Shown here one piece after another: positions 7,847-16,563 of a stretch of DNA of 27,758 nucleotides. Positions within the stretch are counted from its first letter, which is position 1; the number at the start of each line of letters is the position of its first letter. Under the pieces are notes generated by a model that was given only the letters and a program-made list of their open reading frames with translations, ran no database searches and had not been told where the DNA came from. The DNA is from Candidatus Micrarchaeota archaeon (lineage in GTDB: Archaea > Micrarchaeota > Micrarchaeia > Micrarchaeales > Micrarchaeaceae): the NCBI GenBank assembly GCA_021793035.1, contig JAJYTM010000001.1, positions 1-27,758 on the forward strand. Reading direction: 5' to 3'. The translations under genes were made by a program, and so were the position numbers.

Positions 7847-9475
7847 CTATAACGTGCCCCTGCCTTCTCTCTTCGCTATGCTGGCCTTGACGAACTCCAC
7901 AAATAGAGGCGCAGGATGACTTGGTGTGGACTTCAATTCAGGATGCGCCTGCGTGCCTATGCCAAACGAATCTTTCCATTCCACGGTCTCGACCAATCTG
8001 TCCATGGGTGTAGCGCTCGATATGACGAATCCATGGTTCTCCATATCATCCATGTACTTGTTATTGAACTCATACCTGTGCCTATGCCTCTCATGGAAGA
8101 CATCGCTTTTGTAGGCCCTATAAGCAATTGAATCCTTCTTTAGTATCCTCCCCTCCCATCTGCCCAGCCTCATGGTCGCGCCTTTGTACTCCTGCCGCCG
8201 CTGCGAAGGCAATGTGTATATGACTTTGTAACGTGTCTTGGGATCAAATTCGGTAGAATTGGCGCCTTTCATGCTGCACACATTCCTCGCATATTCTATT
8301 GACATGAGCTGCATGCCTAGGCACAGGCCCAAGTAAGGCGTCTTGCTCTCGCGGGCATATGATATCGCATTAATCATGCCCTCTATGCCCCTCTTCCCAA
8401 AGCCCCCCGGCACTATTATCCCATCCAAGTCCCCAAGATAATTGCGCGCATCCTCTCTCTCGAGCGATTCAGACTCTATCCATCTTATATTGACCCTCGA
8501 ATCTAGCGCCGCGCCGGAATGCACCAGTGCCTCCTTGACGCTTATGTAAGCATCGCGCAACTCCACATATTTGCCGATTATGCCTACATTAACCTCTTTT
8601 TTCGGATGCAGCAAAGCATCATTGAGCTTCTTCAGCCTGTTCAGCTTCCCCCTCGATATACTTCTCTTGCGCAGGCCCAGCTCTTCTATGAGCATCTTGT
8701 CAAATCCCTGATCCATGAAATGCAGAGGTATAGTGTAAAGGTGCGACATGGTGGAATCATCAAATATGTGCGATTCGTCAATATTCGTGAAAAGAGAGAG
8801 CTTCATCTTGGTCTTTTTCTGCAGCTCCCCCTCAGTCCTGCAGAAAAGGAAAGTTGGCTTTATGCCAAGGGCCATCATCGCCCTATACGCTATCTGTGTC
8901 GGCTTTGTTTTCTGCTCCCCTACCACATCGAGCAGCGGCAGGTAGGTCAGTGACGCAAATACCACCTTTTCCTTAAGCATGAGCTGCCTCATTGCCTCAA
9001 CGAAATAGCTGTTCTCTATGTCTCCAATGGTTCCGCCTACCTCTATGACCATTACGTCGAGGTCGTTCTTCTCCGCAATCCCCTTTATCCTTGTCAGAAT
9101 TTCGTTTGTGAGGTGCGGTATTATCTGCACATCTTCGCCAAGATACTCGCCTTTCCTCTCTTTCTTTATTATGGTGCTGAACAGCTTGCCCCCTGTTATA
9201 GAAAGATCGCCGAAAAGGGGCTTTTCAAGGAACCTCTCATACATGCCGAAATCCATATCGACTTCGCTCTTGTCGTCAAGCACAAAGACCTCGCCATGCC
9301 TGTAGGGGTTCATGGTGCCGCAATCGTAATTGAGATATCCGTCGAATTTTACTGGCAGCACCTTATACCCGTACATATCGAGTATTTTCAATATAGAAGA
9401 AGTTATCAAGCCCTTTCCCATGCCGCTCATGAGCGACCCCGTCACAACAACAAATTTGGTTCGCATGTAAATCAT
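7847..9475 (-). CDS. pyrG: CTP synthase
   Basis: KFVVVTGSLMSGMGKG, NPYRHGEVFVLDD, EVGGTIGDIE, KTKPTQ; glutaminase domain PGGFG, GLCLGMQ, RHRHRYE, HPE. Alternative start 9466. Confidence 0.97.
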   Translation of the reverse strand: MIYMRTKFVVVTGSLMSGMGKGLITSSILKILDMYGYKVLPVKFDGYLNYDCGTMNPYRHGEVFVLDDKSEVDMDFGMYERFLEKPLFGDLSITGGKLFSTIIKKERKGEYLGEDVQIIPHLTNEILTRIKGIAEKNDLDVMVIEVGGTIGDIENSYFVEAMRQLMLKEKVVFASLTYLPLLDVVGEQKTKPTQIAYRAMMALGIKPTFLFCRTEGELQKKTKMKLSLFTNIDESHIFDDSTMSHLYTIPLHFMDQGFDKMLIEELGLRKRSISRGKLNRLKKLNDALLHPKKEVNVGIIGKYVELRDAYISVKEALVHSGAALDSRVNIRWIESESLEREDARNYLGDLDGIIVPGGFGKRGIEGMINAISYARESKTPYLGLCLGMQLMSIEYARNVCSMKGANSTEFDPKTRYKVIYTLPSQRRQEYKGATMRLGRWEGRILKKDSIAYRAYKSDVFHERHRHRYEFNNKYMDDMENHGFVISSATPMDRLVETVEWKDSFGIGTQAHPELKSTPSHPAPLFVEFVKASIAKREGRGTL

Positions 9476-9592
9476 TTGCTAATAAGTAATAAATACTTTT
9501 TCAAATTACAGTACCACGCCATACATGCTTAATATATCATGCTCTTCCTGCAGCATTAACGGCATGGCGCGTAAAACTGGGAGCAGCAAGAC

Positions 9593-9617
9593 TTATTAAA
9601 TGATAAAACGATTATCA
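9593..9617 (+). promoter_or_regulatory. TATA-like box followed by an inverted repeat (candidate operator) upstream of the aldo/keto reductase
   Basis: TTATTAAA at 9593-9600, immediately followed by TGATAA-AACGA-TTATCA at 9601-9617; probable ATG at 9621. Confidence 0.5.
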
Positions 9618-9620
9618 CCT

Positions 9621-10541
9621 ATGCAATACGTGAAATTCGACCATACTGACGAGAAAGTCAGCGCTATCGGGGTCGGCACATGGAAGCTTGGCAAAAATCC
9701 AAAAGCCGAACTGCAAGCGCTGCGATATGCCCTATCAAAGGGCGTCAATTTCATAGACACTGCAGAAATGTACGGCACCGAAGGCTTGGTCAGCTCAGCC
9801 ATCGAGGGCACGGATAGGAAATCGCTGTTCATAGCCACAAAGGTTTCGCCGCATAATTTCCATTATTCAGATGTCATGCGCGCGTGCGAGGCAAGCCTGT
9901 CAAGGCTCGGCACTGACTACATAGACCTGTACCAGCTTCATTGGCCGAACCATTCAATTCCTATACGCGAGACGATGTCTGCCATGGAAAAGCTTGCAGA
10001 AGAGGGCAAGATAAAGCACATAGGGGTCAGCAATTTCTCCGTGAGAGAACTGCAGGAAGCGCAGGCCGCGATGAAAGAGCACAAAATCGTATCCGACCAG
10101 GTCGAATACAGCGTATTTGTGCGGTCCACAGAGAGAGAAGGATTGCCAGAGTACTGCCGCAAGAACGGCATAGCCATAATAGCGTACAGCCCGCTGGCGC
10201 GAGGCTTCATATCAAGGGGCGGCGATTCCAGAATAAGCGAAGCCCTGGGTTCGATAGCGAAAAAGCACAGAGCGTCTGCCGCTCAGGTAGCATTGAACTG
10301 GCTAGTATCAAAAGGCAATGTGATACCCATACCAAAGGCGTCAAGCCCGGAGCACATGAAAGAAAATGTTGCCTCTACAGAATTTACGCTGGATGCTGCC
10401 GATATCGCAGAAATAGACGGCACCGCCAACCGCAGGAGACCTATAGGCGGCGTGTTCAGGCCTTTGCTGAAGAAGAATGCGGCATGGTCGAGGATAATGA
10501 CAAAGATGAACAGCAAAAACGAAAAAAACAGACGGTGCTGA
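9621..10541 (+). CDS. Aldo/keto reductase
   Basis: IGVGTW, FIDTAEMYG (catalytic Asp/Tyr), FIATKV (Lys), YIDLYQLHWP (His), IGVSNFS, AYSPLARG, IPIPKAS. Start MQYVK at 9621 (ORF track 9600). Confidence 0.95.
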   Translation: MQYVKFDHTDEKVSAIGVGTWKLGKNPKAELQALRYALSKGVNFIDTAEMYGTEGLVSSAIEGTDRKSLFIATKVSPHNFHYSDVMRACEASLSRLGTDYIDLYQLHWPNHSIPIRETMSAMEKLAEEGKIKHIGVSNFSVRELQEAQAAMKEHKIVSDQVEYSVFVRSTEREGLPEYCRKNGIAIIAYSPLARGFISRGGDSRISEALGSIAKKHRASAAQVALNWLVSKGNVIPIPKASSPEHMKENVASTEFTLDAADIAEIDGTANRRRPIGGVFRPLLKKNAAWSRIMTKMNSKNEKNRRC

Positions 10542-10543
10542 GA

Positions 10544-12943
10544 TTGGAGAGAAATGAGGGTAGCATAAGCGATGCTCAAAAGGCAATCCGAGAGCAGGGC
10601 GCGTCGCTAAAGAAAGGGCTAACAGATGCAGAAGCATCAAAGAGGCTGGAGAAATACGGCCCCAACGAAATTGTAGAGAAAAAGGAAAGCGCAATAGTGC
10701 TGCTCGCCAGGAAATTTTACGGCCCTATACCTTTTATGCTCGAAATAGTAGTAATACTTACCTATTTCCTAAAGGAGTTCAAGGATTTCTATATAATACT
10801 GGCATTGCTGATATTCAATGGCATGGTCAGTTTCATAGAGGAGAAAAGTGCAGACAACTCTATAGAGCTGCTCAAGAACAGGCTGCGTGTAAGTGCACGG
10901 GTCCTAAGGTCTGGCGAATGGTCGATAAAGCCTGCAAAGGACATAGTACCTGGAGACATAATACGCCTGCGCATGGGAGACGTAGTGCCTGCCGATGGAG
11001 TTGCTGTATCATCGGACGGCTTGAGGGCTGACCAGTCCGTCCTGACGGGCGAAACCATGCCATCCAAGAAAGGCGTAGGAGACAAGGTCTATTCTGGCTC
11101 GGTGATAACCGGCGGCGAAGGACTCTGCGTTGTCACTGCCACTGGCTATGGCACATATTACGGCAAGACAACAAAGCTTGTGCAGGAAGCCAAGCCCAAG
11201 CTGCACCTCCAGGCATTGATAGTCGATGTGGTGCGCTACCTTATAATGATGGACTTGGTGCTCGTATCGCTGCTCTTCATAATAGCAACATACCTGTTTG
11301 GGTATTCACCCCTAGAGCTGCTGCCTTTCATACTCGTAGTGGTCATAGCGTCAGTGCCTGTGGCTTTGCCTGCAGCATTTACCGTTACTATGGCTACCGG
11401 CACAGAGAAGCTTGCAGCAAAATCCGTGCTTGTCACTAAGCTCGAAGCGATAGAAGAGGCCTCAACGGTAAACGTGATATGCTTTGACAAGACTGGCACT
11501 ATAACGGAGAACAAGCTCGAAGTCAAGGAAGTTTTCGCAGTAAACGGGGCTAGCGAGCGCGACATAATGCTCGCCGCATCCCTATGCTCGAGAAGGGCAG
11601 ACAACGATCCGATAGACAATGCGGTTCTCGACTATGCGGCGAAGCTCGGCGTAAAGGCATCAGATTACGAGATAAAAAAATTCATGCCTTTCCAGCCGAA
11701 GACCAAGGAGGCGAGCGCGACAGTGCAGCACGGGGGCAAAAGGTTCACGGTATCGAAGGGCGCTGTGCCTGTCCTGCTCTCAGACATACATACAGAAGGC
11801 AAAATCGCTTCGCTATTAAACCGCAAAACCGAGGAATTCTCAAAGAGCAAGTTCAGGACAATAGCCGTTTCGACATATGTTTCGGGCAAGCCCAAGATAA
11901 TAGGCATAATAGCGCTGTACGACAAGCCCCGGAAGGACTCCAAGGAGCTGATAAAGGAGCTGAAGTCGCTTGGCATAAGGGTGAAGATGCTCACCGGCGA
12001 CGACGTAAACATAGCAGAGGAGATAGCCAAGGAAGTAGGCATAGAGGGCAGTGTCATGAGCGTGAACGAGCTGAAGGGCAAGACCGAGGACCAGGTCAAG
12101 GACATGATAGACAGTACCGAGGTCTTCGCCGAGATATACCCTGACGACAAGTTCACCATAGTCAAGGCGCTGCAGGACAAGGGCTACAGGGTGAGCATGA
12201 CAGGGGATGGAGTCAACGACGCCCCCGCATTGAAGCAGGCCGAAGTGGGCATAGCAGTTGAGAATGCTACGGATGTAGCCAAGAGCGTTGCGGCGATTGT
12301 CCTGGAGAAGAGCGGCGTGGAGGTCATAGTTGACATGATAAAGGAAAGCAGGATGATATTCGAGCGCATGATGACCTATACAATAACCAAGATAACTAGG
12401 GTGATACAGATATTGTTCTTCATATTCATAGCGTTCATGCTCCTCAGGTCGATGCCCATCCTGCCGTTCGAGCTCATACTGCTGATATTCACAAACGACA
12501 TAGTCAACATAAGCGTTGCTACAGACCATACCAAATACTCCATCAAGCCCGATGTGTGGAAAGTCGGATCGCTGATTAACATCTCGCTCCTGCTCGGCGT
12601 ATCGATGCTTGCAGTGTCGCTTGCATTCATACCAATTGCAAGATACCTGGTTCTCGGCCTGGCGGCATTCCAGACCTTCGCATTCCTTATGATAAACGTG
12701 ACAGACAATATACTGTTCTACGGCATAAGGGCGCGCTCCAAGGCATTCGGCATCAGGCCCAGCTCCAAGCTCGTTGCGGCTTCCATAGGCGGCGTGCTGT
12801 TCGGCATACTAATATCCTACTACGGAATAATAGTGCATCCGATAGGTGCATATACAATACTCGTGCTCCTGGTCGCTGCAGGCGCATTCATGGCGCTGTT
12901 CAACGTTGCACGCGTATACATATTCAAAGCGCACAACGTGTGA
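10544..12943 (+). CDS. P-type ATPase, P3A (plasma-membrane H+-ATPase-like) subfamily
   Basis: KYGPNEI, FYGPIPFMLE, DIVPGDII, DQSVLTGET, IASVPVALPA, CFDKTGTIT, DPID, MLTGD, GDGVNDAPALKQAEVGIAV and TM6 FTND. Start assigned to TTG 10544, 6 nt after GGTG and 2 nt after the reductase stop; the 9941 start in the ORF track is considered an artefact. Confidence 0.92.
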   Translation: MERNEGSISDAQKAIREQGASLKKGLTDAEASKRLEKYGPNEIVEKKESAIVLLARKFYGPIPFMLEIVVILTYFLKEFKDFYIILALLIFNGMVSFIEEKSADNSIELLKNRLRVSARVLRSGEWSIKPAKDIVPGDIIRLRMGDVVPADGVAVSSDGLRADQSVLTGETMPSKKGVGDKVYSGSVITGGEGLCVVTATGYGTYYGKTTKLVQEAKPKLHLQALIVDVVRYLIMMDLVLVSLLFIIATYLFGYSPLELLPFILVVVIASVPVALPAAFTVTMATGTEKLAAKSVLVTKLEAIEEASTVNVICFDKTGTITENKLEVKEVFAVNGASERDIMLAASLCSRRADNDPIDNAVLDYAAKLGVKASDYEIKKFMPFQPKTKEASATVQHGGKRFTVSKGAVPVLLSDIHTEGKIASLLNRKTEEFSKSKFRTIAVSTYVSGKPKIIGIIALYDKPRKDSKELIKELKSLGIRVKMLTGDDVNIAEEIAKEVGIEGSVMSVNELKGKTEDQVKDMIDSTEVFAEIYPDDKFTIVKALQDKGYRVSMTGDGVNDAPALKQAEVGIAVENATDVAKSVAAIVLEKSGVEVIVDMIKESRMIFERMMTYTITKITRVIQILFFIFIAFMLLRSMPILPFELILLIFTNDIVNISVATDHTKYSIKPDVWKVGSLINISLLLGVSMLAVSLAFIPIARYLVLGLAAFQTFAFLMINVTDNILFYGIRARSKAFGIRPSSKLVAASIGGVLFGILISYYGIIVHPIGAYTILVLLVAAGAFMALFNVARVYIFKAHNV

Positions 12944-13024
12944 TAGGGTTGGCGCTATACTAAAATATACTCATTTGAAACCAAGCTTTTTATTCATGCC
13001 ATGCGCTATAATGCGGGTGAGTAT

Positions 13025-14128
13025 ATGAAGCACTTGAATAGCAAGGCATACTATTTTCCATTATACCTGGTAGCAGCTATGGTCGCATTCATGGCGATAT
13101 CCTCAGGCTATGCATATGCTTCCGGAATCGGCGCATCGCAGATACAGATCAATCCAAGCACGGCAAGCGTGCATGCAGGCAGCTCCACTTCAATTGGATA
13201 TACCGTAAGGCTCACAAGCGGCACCACTTGGGGCACAACCATAAGTGCAGCAGACGCTTCACAGCTGTCTTCTGATGGCATAGGCATATCATTCAGCAAT
13301 TCCTATGCGGATCCCACTTATTCTGGCACGATGACGATAACCACGTCAAGCTCGACAAAGGCAGGCACATACAACGTGACCCTTGAGGCTACTGGCGACG
13401 ACCCGTCTACCAGCACCACCACACTTTCATTGGTAGTATTGGCTCCGTCAAGCAGCTCCTCAACGACCACTACGACTGTGCCGCCAGTCGGCGTGCCTTC
13501 GTTTGACCTGATAAACAAGTCCACAAAGCTAATAAACGCGTCTGTCGGCGGCAATATTTCTATAGGCAACCTTCTATCAGCAAGAATCCGGCCCGGGACA
13601 TATGCGTTGATAAACGGGAGCATGGTTTCATCATACAACTTCTCATTGGCGCTGTTCGCCAGCTCAAACGTCACTAGCCCGCCAAACGAGAGCAGCTATG
13701 TGCCTGGAGGCGCTTATGCGTTCGAGGTAAACAACCAGGTAACTCCAAGCATAGAATTCGTAAACTCGTCCGGAAAACCATATGCTGTGATAAGCACTGT
13801 TGCGGCAAATAAAAGCACAACGACATGGACATTCCTCGGAGGCACGTTCAACGGCACAGCTTACAAGGGCGGCAAGTATGCCTTCGCAGATGTATGGAAC
13901 CATGTGAATTCAACTGCCATGGTAAACACGCAGTTCGTCAAGCCCGTTATGTGGGTATTCGAGACCAATACATCCGTGCCTGCATCATCAACCACTTCAA
14001 TAACCACCACTGCGCCTAGCACTCCAACACCGCCTACCCGACCGTCATACACTATCTATTACTTGGCTGCTGCAATAGTAATAATCATAATAGCCATAAT
14101 CGCAGTGCTGCTACTGAGAAAGAAATAA
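13025..14128 (+). CDS. Secreted, C-terminally membrane-anchored surface glycoprotein of unknown function
   Basis: Signal-peptide-like N-terminus (AYYFPLYLVAAMVAFMAISSGYAYA), two beta-rich domains separated by S/T linkers, 13 N-x-S/T sequons, P/T linker, C-terminal TM helix ending RKK. GGTGA precedes ATG 13025. Confidence 0.85.
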   Translation: MKHLNSKAYYFPLYLVAAMVAFMAISSGYAYASGIGASQIQINPSTASVHAGSSTSIGYTVRLTSGTTWGTTISAADASQLSSDGIGISFSNSYADPTYSGTMTITTSSSTKAGTYNVTLEATGDDPSTSTTTLSLVVLAPSSSSSTTTTTVPPVGVPSFDLINKSTKLINASVGGNISIGNLLSARIRPGTYALINGSMVSSYNFSLALFASSNVTSPPNESSYVPGGAYAFEVNNQVTPSIEFVNSSGKPYAVISTVAANKSTTTWTFLGGTFNGTAYKGGKYAFADVWNHVNSTAMVNTQFVKPVMWVFETNTSVPASSTTSITTTAPSTPTPPTRPSYTIYYLAAAIVIIIIAIIAVLLLRKK

Positions 14129-14140
14129 TCGTGGTGCGCA

Positions 14141-14578
14141 ATGAGCCTGCCAAAACTTTTGTATATGCCTATAGCAATAGAAATAATAGCAGGTTTGTAC
14201 CTGCTCCTATTTGACAAGCTGCTGTTCAGCATGGGCCTGCTTCACTGGTTCGGATTGCTTCTCTTCATACTGCTTAACATGATACTGCTGCTCGGCAGCA
14301 TTGGCAAGCTCAGGGGAACGGAACGCACATACATGGGGCTCATGTCAGGAGTAAATATCCTGGGCTTCATCCTGTTCGTTCTCGATGCCGCGCTGGGCCT
14401 TCCGTTCACCAAATTTAACCCAGGGATAAGCCTCAACTCGAATATAGGATGGTCATACCTATTCGGGTTCGGTACCAATGCGGTGTCATCATTCGGCACC
14501 TCTCTTGGATTCACCGTGCTGCTGCTGACAGCGCTCATATCTGGCATTTCGTTTGCATACCTGTCGCGAAAGCGCTAA
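14141..14578 (+). CDS. Hypothetical integral membrane protein (about 4 TM)
   Basis: 145 aa with four hydrophobic segments; starts 12 nt after the surface protein gene, GTGGTG upstream. Confidence 0.8.
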   Translation: MSLPKLLYMPIAIEIIAGLYLLLFDKLLFSMGLLHWFGLLLFILLNMILLLGSIGKLRGTERTYMGLMSGVNILGFILFVLDAALGLPFTKFNPGISLNSNIGWSYLFGFGTNAVSSFGTSLGFTVLLLTALISGISFAYLSRKR

Positions 14579-14657
14579 ATTCCGCAACTAAGCAAAACAT
14601 ATTAAATTATTCGCTCTTAATACTACTACCTATAGCTTATGCTCATCAGTGATGCAC

Positions 14658-15164
14658 ATGGGTGCTTATAAAAACATAAGAGAGACTCTAATAAACGAGT
14701 ACAAGGCGAGGGATGACCTCTACAAAAGGAAGATTGCTGAATGGTCCGGCGAACAGACCGTCACCAGAATCGAAAAGCCCTCCAACATACCGAGAGCCAG
14801 GGAGCTTGGCTACAAGGCAAAGGAAGGCCTACTGGTGGTGAGGGTCAAGGTTGTCAAGGGAAAGCGCAAGAGGCCCAAGGCAGACGGAGGCAGGAAACCA
14901 TCGAAGTCGGGAAGGTTCTACGCAAGGGCAAAGTCATTGCAGTCCATAGCAGAAGAGAGGGCTGCAAGGAAATTCACCAACTGCGAAGTCATAAATTCAT
15001 ATTCCGTTGGGCAGTCAGGAACCCACTCGTTCTATGAAGTGATTCTTGCGGACAGGCAGAGCCCCGCGCTCAGGAAAGATAAGGAATACAGGAATCTTGT
15101 CGGCAAGCGCGGAAGGGCTTTCAGGGGCATGACGAGCTCCGGAAGGAAGCATGCGCAGAAGTGA
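14658..15164 (+). CDS. rpl15e: 50S ribosomal protein eL15
   Basis: MGAYK start, RIEKPSNIPRARELGYKAK, GRKPS, SLQSIAEERAARKF, EVINSY, GRAFRGMTSSGRK. Confidence 0.95.
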   Translation: MGAYKNIRETLINEYKARDDLYKRKIAEWSGEQTVTRIEKPSNIPRARELGYKAKEGLLVVRVKVVKGKRKRPKADGGRKPSKSGRFYARAKSLQSIAEERAARKFTNCEVINSYSVGQSGTHSFYEVILADRQSPALRKDKEYRNLVGKRGRAFRGMTSSGRKHAQK

Positions 15165-15168
15165 TTCG

Positions 15169-15405
15169 ATGCCTGGCGGCACGTACTCAGCAACGCTGCA
15201 CATCTCAAAACTGCAAGGCTTGGACTACTCAAAGATAATAGACATAAAGAGCAAGTACAAGCGCAGCAGCATATCCGTCAAAGGCGGCAAATCATCAATA
15301 GAATTCAGGATAGGCGCGGAAGATCCTGTGGCTCTGAGGGCATCGGTGAACGCCGTGATGCGCACCGTAGAGATAATAGAGAATGCCTACAAGGCAAAGA
15401 TATAG
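15169..15405 (+). CDS. pcc1: KEOPS complex subunit Pcc1-like protein
   Basis: About 78 aa with the Pcc1 pattern RSSISV...IEFRIGAEDPVALRASVNAVMRTVEII; follows rpl15e by 4 nt. Confidence 0.75.
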   Translation: MPGGTYSATLHISKLQGLDYSKIIDIKSKYKRSSISVKGGKSSIEFRIGAEDPVALRASVNAVMRTVEIIENAYKAKI

Positions 15406-15470
15406 GCCCGGGCAAAATCCGGTCCGAAAGCACCGAGAGGGAGCGAGGTAAAATATTCCGCAATTCGACA

Positions 15471-15488
15471 AAAGTAAAAATATATAAA
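15471..15488 (+). promoter_or_regulatory. BRE/TATA promoter of the uL3 operon
   Basis: A-rich AAAGTAAAAA followed by TATATAAA (15481-15488), about 115 nt upstream of the rpl3 ATG. Confidence 0.65.
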
Positions 15489-15603
15489 TGTGCTGGTGTA
15501 AAAGATATATGACTGCTGATATATTCCTTATTTCAGTCAGGCTTGGCAGATCGGCTGCTGCCATGTGAAAGTTTGCTTAAGTACGAATTAGAAGTGTTTA
15601 TCT

Positions 15604-16563
15604 ATGACTAGAGGATCGCTGCAATATTGGCCGAGGAGACGTGCCACAAGGCGCCTGCCAAGGATAAGGTCTAGGCCCAGGCATGGCACGCATCTTGGCG
15701 ACATAATAGCCTACAAGGCGGGCATGACTAGCGTATCCATGATAGACGATTCTGAATCTACCACAAAGCAGCAGGAGATAAGCAGGGCATGCACAATACT
15801 GGATATTCCAGCAATGGAGATGTATGGCCTGCGCTTCTATGCAAAAGATGACATAACCGGCTACAAGAAGGCAGTAGCAGAGCTGTACAACAAGGAGATA
15901 GCGCAGAAGCTCAAGATAAAATCGGTAAAGAACGATGAAAGCAAACTCGATTCGTTCAGGGAGCGCCTTTCGGAATTCGTAGACGTAACCGCTCTTATAG
16001 CCGCATACCCAAAGACGCTCAATGTGGAGCAGAACCATCCAGAGAGGTTTGAGACAAGCGTCAATGCGAAGAGCATCGAAGACAAATTCTCGTTCATAAG
16101 CTCCCACCTGGGCAAGGAAATAAGGGCAGGAGAGATATTCAAGCCCGGCGAGTACATAGACTTGGTGTCCATATCAACGGGCAAAGGATGGCAGGGAACA
16201 ATAAAGCGTTTCGGCACAGCGAGGCTGAACCACAAGGCGACGCAGAAGGTAAGGCACATAGGGGTCATGGGATCCATGGGTATTGGAAGAGTGCTGTACA
16301 CCGTGCCGCATGCAGGACAGATGGGGTTCAACTACAGGACTGAGAGGAACAAGCGCATACTTAAGATTTTCGACAAGGAGGAGACCGCAAGCCTGAACAG
16401 GGCCGGAGGCTTCAACAACTATGGGACCATAAGGGGATCTGCAATACTGCTCGACGGATCGGTTCCTGGGCCGGCCAAGAGGCTGGTGAGGATAAAGGAG
16501 AGCAACGGCAACATCAACCTGAAGGGCATAAAGGAGCCGAAAATAGTCGAAATAAACAGGTAA
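15604..16563 (+). CDS. rpl3: 50S ribosomal protein uL3
   Basis: RGSLQYWPRRRA, AYKAGMT, YIDLVSISTGKGWQGTIKRFG, GQMGFNYRTERNKRILKI, GSVPGPAKRLVRI. Confidence 0.97.
   Translation: MTRGSLQYWPRRRATRRLPRIRSRPRHGTHLGDIIAYKAGMTSVSMIDDSESTTKQQEISRACTILDIPAMEMYGLRFYAKDDITGYKKAVAELYNKEIAQKLKIKSVKNDESKLDSFRERLSEFVDVTALIAAYPKTLNVEQNHPERFETSVNAKSIEDKFSFISSHLGKEIRAGEIFKPGEYIDLVSISTGKGWQGTIKRFGTARLNHKATQKVRHIGVMGSMGIGRVLYTVPHAGQMGFNYRTERNKRILKIFDKEETASLNRAGGFNNYGTIRGSAILLDGSVPGPAKRLVRIKESNGNINLKGIKEPKIVEINR

Noticed and set aside
9504-9571. Long imperfect hairpin upstream of pyrG as a pyrimidine-responsive leader
   Set aside because: Pairing needs several bulges and overlaps the probable pyrG TATA box, so much of it would not be transcribed.
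9941-10543. 200-codon N-terminal extension of the ATPase ORF overlapping the aldo/keto reductase in another frame
   Set aside because: The translation has no recognisable domain and lies in an alternative frame of a well-supported gene. A GGTG-preceded TTG at 10544 gives a normal-sized P3A ATPase. Long off-frame ORFs are common throughout this window.
15403-15446. Resemblance to SRP RNA helix 8 (AGGCCCGG...GGGAGC)
   Set aside because: The GNRA-capped helix is interrupted by about 25 nt, and there is no room or sequence for the rest of an archaeal 7S RNA.
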